Assembly: GCA_964036045.1 (NCBI GenBank) | Contig: OZ038378.1 | Coordinates: 167,524,001 to 167,588,000 of the forward strand | DNA: 64,000 nt | From: Eutreptiella sp. 'Long Island Sound 2002' | Taxonomy: Eukaryota; Protista; Euglenida | Reading direction: 5' to 3' | Shown: positions 50,501 to 62,500 of the stretch, in pieces | Layout: each line of letters opens with the position of its first letter | How positions within the stretch are numbered: position 1 is the first letter of the stretch | Made by a program: the position numbers and the translations under genes | Notes under the pieces: model-generated | Told to the model about the DNA's origin: nothing | The model's database searches: none | What the model saw: the letters and a program-made list of their open reading frames with translations, nothing else

Positions 50501-53500
50501 CTGACCTGCTTGGGCTGCTCAAGTTTGTTTGGGTCCATTGGAATAGGGGGACGAGGGCACACTCGTGGGCCTCGGTGGAATGTCAGCCCCGCTGCTCACC
50601 TGTGCAGCATCCCTGTCCCCGGGGCGTCCACTCCATTCACGGGGCCATTGTGGAGCCCACTGGGCTGCGGACACAGGCCAGCCATTCCGATGACTTGCAA
50701 GTGCGAAGGGTGCTCTCCACCAAAAACAATACGGGACACAGGGCCACGGGCTTCCGGATGAAAGAGCGGCGGGGGGGGGGACATGTGATGTTCCTCCCAC
50801 ACGACGGCACAGGCACGAGCAGTGATAGAGCACCTCCGTCAGCACCGTGCGATGCTCGTCGGCGGGAGCGCGCGTGTACTTTGCGGCCTCCAGTTCCCGC
50901 TTCATGAGCTCTCTGACCTCGGGGATGATGAACAGGTGAATGCTTTGCCCACGAAGGATGCCGCGCATGCGGAAGGCACCCTGCGCAGAGAGTGACAACG
51001 CCTCATCGCCTGCGGGCGAACGCGCGATGTACGCGTGTGGGACTTCAGGGCCAGACCGCTCAGCTGTCCCGTCCCACAAGGCAGCAGTTCCAACCCCCGC
51101 CCCCATTTAACAGATACCCGCGTACGTTGAGGAACTGAGAATGTCAGACGTCCCAGAGGGGGCGGGGGGGTCCATTAGTGGGGGGTCATGGTGCACTGCC
51201 CCGGCTGAATTCAGTGGTCCCGGGTGGTGCATTTCTTTGTCGTCCCTCGTTTCCGACATGTCCGACGTTGACCAGACAGCCTGGCATTCGCAGATTTTTT
51301 GAAATAAAATGAAAAACAGTATTGCAGAGTGTGGGAGCAACTGTGCGGCACCCCGTCTTCCCAACCCCTGATGACTCTGCCACCCCCTTAGCTCTGCACA
51401 TCCCCAGAGCTCCGCAGCTCTCGGTGTGCCGGTCAGTTTTCCTGTCGCCGGGGTGCCCTCTCCTACCGGGTGCTGTGCTCCCCCGGTTTTACTAGGTGGC
51501 TGCGCGGGGCACGTGGATGCCGGCCGAGAACCGGGCTCATTGTGCCTGCCCTTGGCCCCCGCCGCGGCGGGGGTGCTGGGCTCGCTCCGCGTTGTACCCG
51601 TTCGGGGCACGGCTGTGGGGTTGTCCCTGGCGGGTCAAAGCCCCCCCACCCGCTGCTACCATTCGCCCCTGAACAGAAATAAGCAGAGGGCTATTCCAAA
51701 GAGGGTGCAACTTGAGGCCAACTTTGGGACACAGCCTTTTAAGCCTCTGAACCCCCCTGCCCCCAGGGGTCGACCCCAGCTCGAGCAATTTCCTGTCGGG
51801 TGCGCCACGCCCCCCCGCCTGACGCCTGTCCTGGGGCAGGGCAGCGCTTCCGCGCGCATCGGGGCCCCTTCGACGGCCCGGGGCACTTCGCCGCGAGCGT
51901 GAGGGCCAGGCCAACCAGCAGCACCGCCTGCGCCAACGGGCAACGCTCCGTCGAGCGTCATGCCTCAGCCATCCCCACGCCCACGCAGGCGTGGGATGGC
52001 AGCATGTCCCTGAGGATGCGCACAGATGTGCAACCTCCCCTTCGGGCCCTGCTGGGGCGGGGGCGTGGATTGGCCTCCCTGGGATTTGGGCTGTCCCAGC
52101 CCCCCCCACCCACCCACATCAGAAAATTTGTCCTCGGGAAAAAAATGAAATTTATCAAATGGACCCGAACTTGGAGGTCCATTTTATGTACAAAAAACTG
52201 GTTTTGGGCCTCTGGCCCACCCACCCCCCGGTAGAGTATCAACCAGCGACTAAGCCAAGGCCTGCACCCGCCCCAGCCCCCCTGCACGTCACGCCAGCAC
52301 TACGAAATACCCCCCCGAAGGGGCTGGAGTCTGATAAGAGTCTCGATACTTGGGAATAGTCACGGAACGTCATGTCTTTGCCCAGGGTCAGGGCCGCGAC
52401 GGCGTTGGGGGTGTGATGGATGTCCATTCCGGTCGTGTGGATCTGGTCGTAGAAGGCGAAGCGCTTGTCCAGGGAGATGCCGCACTCCTCCAGCAGCACC
52501 ACCCGCCCCGTGGCCCGCAGCAGCGCCACCTTCCGCCCCAGGTCGTCCAGGAACACGACGCCCTCGAAGCCCGGCAGGCGGTCCTCGTGGAGCAGGTACT
52601 TCGCGACCTGAATGTTGCTGAGGCCCGTGATCAGCGCCCCGGTGTCGATCAGCGCGTGGAACGGCGGGTCGGCGTACGCGATGCTGTCCAGAAGGCTTTG
52701 GACGGTCCAGCCAACGTCCACGTACCTGAACCGACGGGACAATGCGCTTGTCCTCAGTTGGTACTGAATGCAAAATAAAACGCGAATTGGCCATCAACCG
52801 CCGGCGATTGGCAGGCAGCTCACGAACAGTTGGCGGCCAAATGGGAGCCCAGAGAGCTGTCTTGGGGGGGGGGGGGGGTTTCTTAGTGAAAATAAGACAA
52901 AAGAATCTCGTTGCCCCCTACCTACGACCCCCTGCCTACAACGCAAGATGTGACATGGCAATGCGCCAATTGTCCTCAGCATGACAATGAAGGCTCCCCA
53001 GTGCTGCTTCAGCGATAGGTACACCGTTGGTTACGGGCGGCATAAGCTGGAGGGCACAACGTGGCGGACAGTGGCCTAACAAACTCGGGGGGACTCCTGA
53101 CATGGCGCGCTACTTTGAAGCCACATTGTTCCAGAACGCCTCCAAAATGGACACGCTTCTAGCCGTGCCCACAACCCACACTTCGGGGGACCTGGTTGTG
53201 CCTTCTTGTTCCCTACCTTCGGTGCGGCCAAAGGAATGCAACGTGGACAAAATTAGAAGCATTTTGTGCATCACACGTGCCAAAGTGTACGCAACACTCT
53301 CAAATGTGTGTAAAGTTCCCGAGAAAGGGTGTTCAACGGCTGTGTCGCCGCCACACATGTGCATCACCACCCCGGGGGGGGCGACTACAACTGGTCCTGA
53401 TGCGACACCCCCCCCAGCTATCTGCCAAAACTTGCGGGGGGGGGGGGGGGGGGGGTCGGCGGGAGGGTTGGGGGGGGGGTATTGGCAGCTTGGCCAGGGG

Positions 53501-56500
53501 GGGGGGGGGCTGCGCGCAACCCACTACTATCACATGCATTCCTCAAGGGGGTGTCTGGGGGCATGGGGGTATAGAGGTATGTATGCGATAATAGCGATAT
53601 CTTGTCTTTGTCAGGAAGAAAGTCTTAAGGGTCTTAAGGACTAAAGGCATAGTACCCCTCTCAACTAAGCATGGGACAAAAAATTTGGCGCTGTTGGTGC
53701 CATGGCCCCCGCACTGCTATCTTTCAAAACTCGGGGGGGGGGGGGGGCTGGGGGGGTGTCGCATACAAGGACCGAGCCCGGGAGCCCCCCCGGGATCACC
53801 ACAATCGGCAGGGCCCAGTACTCTAGTGGCGCAAGGGAGGGTGTTGGCTCTCCTCCTTGGGAACCAACCAGAATGATCAGGTGTACGCCTGTCAGTTTCA
53901 AAGAGGGGGAAGAAGTGGCTGCACAAGGCCCGCGGTCCTTTGCAACTCCGGGGGAGATGGGGTCTGGAAAACAGGCCCGGGGCGCCCCATTGTGAGGCCC
54001 TTCTGGAGTGGTGCTGGGGCGCAAGTTGGGGCCAAGAGGGCACCTTGAGCATTGAGTGCACGCGGTGCAACTGTTTGGCCATCTTGCTGAAGCACGGGTT
54101 TGTAGCCGGCGGCACTAGTGAGACCAAATAGTAACACGGTTGCCGACCACCACTCAAAAAGTGTTTGCCCTGATGAAGTTACATGACGTTTGCCTCTCAA
54201 CCGCCACCTTCTGTTCCCCTTCCTTCCGGTCAATGCCCAGCAGTTGTCTCCGGGTGCCGGATCATCCGCCGCCATGCGCTTCCTCCAAAAACATACGCAA
54301 GCCACATCGACTGCGGTCGCTCCCTCCCAAGAGGTATACCGCGCGAGGGGGTAGTCCTGCTTTGCATGGCACCCGCCCTCCGCTACGTCCCTTGCCACCG
54401 CTGCGTCCTGCCTGTCTTCTGCTCTCATCCTCCAACAGAGAACTGCTGCGGCCGCCGCCGCCGCCGCCGCTGCTGCGGCGGCTGCAGCGGCTGCTGCAGC
54501 CACTCCTGCTGCCGCTGCCCCATCGGTAGCGGTAGCCGCTACGTGCCATCCCCCGGCGCCCCTTCCATTGCCTGTGCCTCATCCTGCTCTTTGTTTGTAA
54601 CCGTCGTCGTGGGGCCCGCCACCACCCATTTGCCTGCCCACCGCCCCCCGCCCCCCGCGGGTGAGGCATACCTGAAGGAGACGATTTCAGGGGTTTGGAG
54701 CGTGTACATCATGCGCCCGTCCGTGCCCTGCTCATAGCCGCAGCTGCCCAGCTCTTTGGGGAGCAGGTCGCTGGGCGTCCCCGAGAAGCCGAGGCGCCGC
54801 CCAAAGAGCATGTCGCCGCCGACCTCCTGCCCGCTGGCGCTGAGTTTGACGATCTGTTGGGGCGTGTGCACCGGGAAGATGAACTCGTTGAGGTACCAGT
54901 GGATCGCATCTGGCAGCAGCCGGAACAGCTTGTAGAGCTTGTCCATCTGCAGCTGGTTGCTGGGCTTGAGGAACCGCAACGACACCACCTGCGACGAGGA
55001 GAAGGAGGGGGTGCTGGTGTATGGAGAAGCGATAGGAAGCCGGGTGCTGATGCACGGGTCTGTTTGCGGTCTTGCGGCTTGCAGTTATCCGGCGTTTTCC
55101 CCGGTTGCGACAGCGAACTTGTGGCGTTCGCTGTGCACTGTGCAGTCTCTGAGCGACTTCGGCCTTCCTCTTTGCGTGTTCACAGCCACAAAACATTCAA
55201 CGACGAGGAAGTGGAGGAGGACAAGAAGTCAGAAAAGGAGGGAAAGCGTTACGGCAGGTGTCATCAAGACGCACAAACCAGGAGCAAGAGCAGAAGAAGC
55301 GGACAAGGACAAGGACAACGACGGGGGATGGAGGAGGAGAGAAACGACGGCGCAGAGGAGGGGATGCAGAATCAGGAGAAAGGGCAGGAACAGAGGGGGA
55401 GGGGGACGCACCATCACTAAACACCCATCACCGCTCAGACAGACCACCTGCAGGGGGCATCAGACAGTGGTCCCATCGTGGAGGGATGGGGGTCACCCAC
55501 TCCATGCTACTGCCTGCGAAGACCCATACGATTTTAAGGTTGAATCCTGAATCCCCAGAGTATACAACCCGTCCGCAGGGGGTGTCATGGGTGTCTTTGT
55601 GGAGGATTCGGGCCACTGTCCGCAGCGATTGCCGGCCCTGGTTACTGATGGCTGCTGTTGGCCGCGTTGGCAAGACGCAGGGTGAAACCCGTGACACCAG
55701 AGTGCACAGCGCGGTCCTGCTATCAGTTCCCCCACCTCCTTGCCCACGCTGTGGCTGTGATGCACCGTTTGAAGGTTTAGGGTTCGTAGTCTTCGCATTT
55801 CCTGCGTCGCTCCGGAGAAGCCCCAAAAACATTTCAGGCCGGCCCCCGGCAAAGTGATAGTACATCTCTTCGGCATTACGCCGTTCCGAAGGATCAATGG
55901 ACGTTTTAATGGGTTTCATGAGGGAAGAACGCGTTTCCAACCCACTTCAGGCGATCCACCCACACCTCCTTCGTGTCCTCCTCCGCCTCTCTGAAGACGT
56001 CGCCAGATCGGACGTACGACAGCGAATCCGCACCCTCCAGGTCATGGTGCAGGACCCGGCGCAGGATGCTGCCGCCGGCCTCCTTCACCCACTCCTCGTA
56101 GCGCTGGTTGGACTTGCGCTGCTTGAATGGCCCGGTCTCCTTCTCGAGACTGCTGCGAAGTGTCTGGATGATCTCCCCGAAATCCTTATACCGCAGGCCC
56201 TCGTAGCGGTACCTGTGGCGGGTCGCGGGGCGTTGCGCAGGGGTGCGCAGAGGGTGCAGAGCTACACAACTGGAAGAGCAAAGGGGAGCAGGGGGTGGAA
56301 GAGGTTGCCGGCTGACTGACGTTGAGGTGGACATAGTCCCGGGGACGGACATTTACTACGTCCACCACTTTGGCATTTTTCAAGCATCAACATGACTAGC
56401 TAGTTCCCTAGTATGTATCTAGGCCACAACCCTGACCCTGACCCTAACTCCTAATGGTTCGAGTACCCATAGATAGAGTAAGGAATACAAGGCTGACTAC

Positions 56501-59500
56501 CGGAGGGAGCACATGGTGCCTCCTAGGTAGGTCCTAACTAGGTAACTAGGCCTAAATAGGGATAAAGACTATGGTTGTGCTTTCAAGAAGTGTCTTTGGT
56601 GACCAGTGTTGTAGATAACATTTCATTTGTTCATAGTCACTTTATGGAGATGACTGAGTCAAGACAATATTTATGATCCCATTCCCACTGCATGGAATTG
56701 CTACCAATCTTGCCGGTAGCAAAGGAAATCCTTGCAACCCAATTTAACCGAAAAAGATCGGATCAGATCCGGTAAACATACAAAGGGACATTAAAAGTGG
56801 AAGACTTCAGAAACGTAACTCAAGTGAGTGAACCTAGAATGGGTCCGGAGGACCTGAGTGTCAACCGCAATGTCAAACCCGAAGCGTCAATGGAGATGGA
56901 GTCGGCTGAGCCAATTTTGGCAGTGTTCGATCATTTCCATCCAAGACTTGCCAACCCTCTACAAGGGTTTGAAAAACCATAAGTGCCCCTACAAGGGAGA
57001 GGCTTTGAGACCTACAGATTCCGGCGGCTACACAACTGGCGGTCGACCTGAGCGGTGTTCAGGTACGTCCTCGAGATGAACATGTCGCGTCATCATCACG
57101 CTCAGGTCTCCATGAGGATTTTGGAGACCTTGCCCGAGCAATGGAGCTACTAACGCTCCTAAATCAGTGTGGTTGTTTACCCCAGATGCTGAACGAGCTT
57201 GACAACAACACTAATGTGTCAAGTGCCCGTGTTCTTGCTCCAACGGAAACACCAAACGACTCGTTGAATCTATTTTTGTCCATGCCATTTCACACCAACA
57301 TTCCCTACTCACTATCGAATGTGGAACCCATGCACCCATGCACCGTTCGAATCCTCCAACAGGGTTTAGTGCTATGAGTGCCTCTCAATGACGTTTTCGT
57401 CAGAAGAGAGAACTAATCTTTTGTTGACTCTTGAGAAGTTAAAGGGTCAACTTGAAAAGTTTGAACCTAGGACGAGTGTACATGACCCTTGTCAACCTTA
57501 TCGCCCTGCTCCCTCAACCCATGTGTGTACCGGGCTTGCCGGTGCACTCCCCAGAGTTAAGTCGCCTATTGTGCCTAGGGTAAAAGCACCCAAGCTTGTG
57601 GCGTGCTTTACAAAAACATACAAGGTCTACTCTATTGAGCAAGCCCAACTCCTTGGATTAGGGCCGTTGGCGCCTGTGGCGCTCATATCCGACCCCAACT
57701 CCCTGTTCCGAAGACCAAAGACGGAGTCTAAGCTTTTTACAAGCCTAAAATCGAGGTGCCTATCCCTAAGTTCACATGTCGCTACCTCGACGTTTACACC
57801 AAACATGTGTTGAGGTTCTTGAGGTCGACAAGGCAAGAAGACCTCAATGAACACGCAAAAGCTGACCTTGTTATCCGAGGGTGTGATAATAGGGACGTGA
57901 AGGAGTTGGTCTCAAGTACGGTAAAAAAGTGCGAGTCGTGGGTGAGGTTCCTACTCACACTTGAAAAAATGTAACCCACCTACTTGACGGACCTCGAACT
58001 CATACACCACATGGAACGCATGCCTAGGCTATGTGAACACCCAACCGACCGCCGATATGGTGCAATACATACAATGTGTTACCACACTTGTTGAAACCAA
58101 GGCACTACTCCACCTACTCACGCGTATTCCTCACAAGGCTATGTAAGAAATACGCCAAACCCTGGAGAGGCTAAGTGAAATACACACCTTCACCTCTCTA
58201 ACCGATCTACTCTTTGATTTAGCCCTGTAATGTGAGTCCGACAACCACCTCAAAGGTATCCACAACTTGGCGCAACTCAAGTGGCTCAACAGTAAGTCAA
58301 ACGCCAACCCGAGCGCCAACGCGAACGCCAACCCATACTCCTATGGCGAACCCCCTTGCAACGCTCACGCCCACCTACGCGAAGAGTGTTTCTACGGACA
58401 ACATCAAGGACATGGACGTGGGCGAGGCAAAGGAGCTCGCGGAAACAAACAAGGACAAAGACAATGGTATTGGTGTCGCCAAGTGGAAGAAAACTCTCAA
58501 GAGCCAAGGATCTTCACGTCTATCTATTGTTCCAATTATGGAACCACGAACAATGTACGTGACCGCCTATGGCAAGAATCTCTCGACACTCGCAAGCAAG
58601 AAAACAAGGACAAAGATAAAAGAGGCCAAGGCAAGAACCAAGACGTTAAGAACCAAAACAAAGGAGATGGGAACGTGCAAGGAAAAAACGAAAAACACAA
58701 AGCGAAAGGCGAAGCAAAAGGAGGAAACAAAGGAGGCAAAGGCCAAGAAAAAGGAGGTGGCCAACCTCAAGGAGGAACTCTGCAGGGGCGCAAGCGCTTG
58801 GAGGACATGACGGAGGACGAAAGAGAAAAGAAGAGGAAGGGAGTTCTTTGGCTTGAGCACCATGCCAAGAACCTAAGGGACTTTCTTGCTGGTGCAAGTA
58901 AGGGGGAAGAGTAGGCGGACACGAGGAAGCTCCTTAGTATTGCTCCCTTCTTCACGTCGCTATCGATGGTACTTGGGTGGACGTGTACCTTGACACCGTT
59001 GCCACTAACTTCCCTTGTCTCCTCAAGGTTCGTTGACCTAAACGACCTTGCACCCACGAATGTTTGTGCTGTGAAAACGGGAGACGCGGGTGGGGGGGGG
59101 GGGGGGATGTGGGGGGGCACGCGGGGGGGGCTGTGGGGGGCTGCGGGGGGAGTGGGGGGGGGGGGGGGTGGCTGAGAGTGGAAGGTCTGTCTATCTGCTC
59201 TCAATCGCAGCTCACTTACCCCCTCCCCCAGGCGTCCACTCCCCTTCCAACACCGGCCGCCTTCGCATTTAGTCATCTGCAGACCGTCCACTGCTGAGGG
59301 CCCGCCCCCTACTACGCTCTGGTCGAGGGGGGTGCTGCGGGGCTGCCTGGTGCCGCTTGGCCTCCGGAGGTTGCAGAGGGTTCACGGGGGCGGGAGGGGG
59401 TCAGAGGGGGCGGAACGGCACAGGATAGGGCTGTGGGTGGTGCTCGGAGGGCTTGGAGGGGACGCCATACGCGAGGACGCTCAGTCCGATGATCGTGTCG

Positions 59501-62500
59501 GGGTGCGCGAACTCGGAGGCGCGGCTGGGGACGTCCTTGCCCTCGAACGGAATGGCGAGCTTCACGCGGCTCAGGGGCATGTGGGGGGTGTCGGCCATGG
59601 CCCGCTCGTAGTCCTCCTTGTTCATGATTCCGAAGGAGACGCGGTTGATCTTGGACAGTACGTGCGGCAAATAGTGCTGCAGCCAGTCGTGCGCCAGGTT
59701 CAGCATCTTGACGTTTTTGACCGCCATCTGCGTGACCGCGTGCGTTGGCCGAGGGGAGGGCAGCGCAGCGCAGTGGAGAGCAGGCGAGGGCACTGGCAAT
59801 CCATCCGCAGCAGCACGTCTTCATAGTTCTTCATCGAGTAGCAGCGGTGCGAGCGCTCTTCAAGTCATGGGCTTGCCAACGACAGCCCAAACAGCCTGTT
59901 CTGCTTCCACGCCTGTTTTGTGACGGTCACCCGTCTCCTTCCCCATCCCTGGCTCCCACACAACGCCATGTCTTGTTCTTGTGGTGAAGATGTGTTGATG
60001 GGGCCCTCTGCTCTTTCCACTCCCTGTCCCACGAGTGACCTGCTTCAGCACCGCATTGCCCACTCACTTCCGTGAGGCCCCACGGAATCCGCCTCTCCTC
60101 GACACAGCCCCCCTCTACTTCCCACGGGCTCTGCCCTCCTCCGCCCCCACAGGGCCCCAGAGGGATCCGTGCACACCTGCGAATCCGGGTTTTCTGTGTC
60201 CTCCTCAATGCCATGGACGAGCGCCTGCACAGCATCGGCCGCCTCTAGAAATCAAAGATGGGGGGCAGGGGAGGGGGAGATGAGGGCGAAGGAGGGCGCA
60301 CATCGAGTCACTGTCATTGCCATGGACATTGCGACACCGTCATGCGCCATCAAAGCGCTGCAGAAGAACACTCTGTGCACGATCAACGAGAATGCAACGC
60401 ACACAGGCCGGGACGCTTCAGCTTCACAAGCGGTTCAGTCTGTTACCGTCAACCCCCTCCAGGCCTTTCAACAAGGATCATGGGTTTACGGCTTTGGAGG
60501 CTCCAGGTCAACGGAGGCAGGCATAGAGAAGCTGCCCCCCGACTGTCTGCTGCTCACATGCTCTTGTGGAAAATTGGGGGCCTTCGCCACGGTCACTTAT
60601 CCGCCCTTCATCAATGAATAAACAAACTGACAATGGTTTGACACTCATAGGGGGGTCTTGCAGCATCATAAACGGCACTGTGACGCACCCCTTGCACACC
60701 CAAGTTCCTCTCGTGGCCCACGTCGCACGGGGCATGGGTACACACCGGCACACAGAGGCCAACATTTTGGAGAATGAGGCCCGATCTCACAGGTAGACAC
60801 CACCAAAGAGACCCACAAAACGGATATATCATTTAACTTTTGGTCCTCATGCCACAACGTATTGGGCAGTGCAGGGCGCCAGGCCCTGACCACCCTGCTC
60901 CATATCAGGCACCCACGCATCACGGAAAATGGCTCTGGGAGGAGGTCGCTGCATGCCTGTTGAAGAATGTAGGAGATGACAAAGATTCTGAAATCGAAGT
61001 CAGAGAGAAATCGAGTTTAAATAGAGCGAAAATCCTTATTTATGGTCCCAAGCCCGGGACGTTCCCTAACTGGGGGGAAAAAATGAAATGGGGTGTTACA
61101 CAGAAAATTGCATATCGCAGGACTTGAACCACAGATTGGGCATTAGCTGCTGCGATGTTCCACCAACTCGGGTACACCCAGCGCCTACCATGCTGCAACA
61201 AAGTGTCTATAGAGGAGACACCATGTCCAGAAAAGTCCCAACCCACTCTTGGCCTGCCTCACCCTAACCCTAACCCAAACCCTGACCCCGAACCAACATT
61301 CCTTAAAGGGGGGGGGGGGGGGAAGAGGTCTTAAGGAACGTCCTGCCCAAACCCGGTGATCTCGTGTCCACACCTGGGTCCGAGAAGCCGTGCATGAGAT
61401 ACCGCTTGACCATGTCGTCGGCGATCCCCGTCAGCTGCTGAGCTTCCATCCAGAGTGCCACCCAATCCAACAGCAACGGCTTCAGCTCCTGGTGGTAGAA
61501 GCCTTCATCCAGCAGCACCTGATATAACACAGTGCACTACCACATCTCTGGTACATTGAGCTTGCAAGGCAAGCAAGGCAGCAAACCACAATGACGTGTC
61601 CAAATCAATCTGGCACAGGCTCTGACGCACAGGCTCTCACGAAGCCCCACCACCACTTGCATGCCCAGCGGTAAGCCCCGCCCATCAATTTTTCTGCCAC
61701 CCCAAACATTCACCCACCATCATTTATAATCCCCCCACAACCTCGAGCCCCCCAGCACCAACACCACTTATTAAACCTCCTCTACCACTAATAACTCCTT
61801 CAACACTACTCGTGGGTTCTCCACCAGTAACCAACCCCCACCACCACCACTACTTATAACGCCCCCTTTAGCACTACTATGCCCCTGCCACCAATAGCAA
61901 CCCCTCCTCGATTGCACACCTCCTCCCACCACTACAAAACCCCCCACCTATGACCCCTACCTCACCCCCCATCACACTTATCCCATAACCCCCCCCCCCT
62001 GTGTGACATTCCGTCAGGTTGCTGTTTCTTTACGGGGCCCTGGACAGTCATCCGTTCTTCCCTCCACATGCTGCGTCGGGTCGCTGCGTTCTGACGGCTG
62101 CTGCGGCCTGTGTTCCTGCTGGTGACGTTTTCGCGTTCGCAGAGCCCAGTAGTTGGCGTACTGGGGTTGTGCTGGTTGTTGCGGGGGTCGTTTCTCGGTC
62201 TTTGCTGCCCACTCCCCTCCGCATTCTGGTCGTCCACCACCTGCCTCGCTGTGTTTCCGTGGGCATGTGGTCTGCCGGGTTGCTATTTCTTCACGGGGCC
62301 CTGGACAGTCACCCTTCCTTCCGTTCGTGTGCTGCGTCGGGTCGCTGTGTTCTGACGGCCACTGCGGCCCGTGTTCCTGCTGGTGTCATTTCCGCATTCA
62401 CGGAGCCCAGTAGTTGGCACACTGTTGCAGGGGTCGTTTTACGGTTTTTGCGGCCCACTCCCCTCCACAGTCAGGTCGTCCACCACATGCCTCGCCGCGT

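Noticed and set aside
56450-56470. ggttcgagt as a tRNA T-loop
   Set aside because: No cloverleaf or A-box around it; no tRNA or rRNA gene found in the window.
59728-61373. Possible non-canonical (euglenid-type) intron suggested by a phase mismatch
   Set aside because: Resolved by the 68-nt GT-AG mini-exon at 60177-60244; all introns in the model are canonical.
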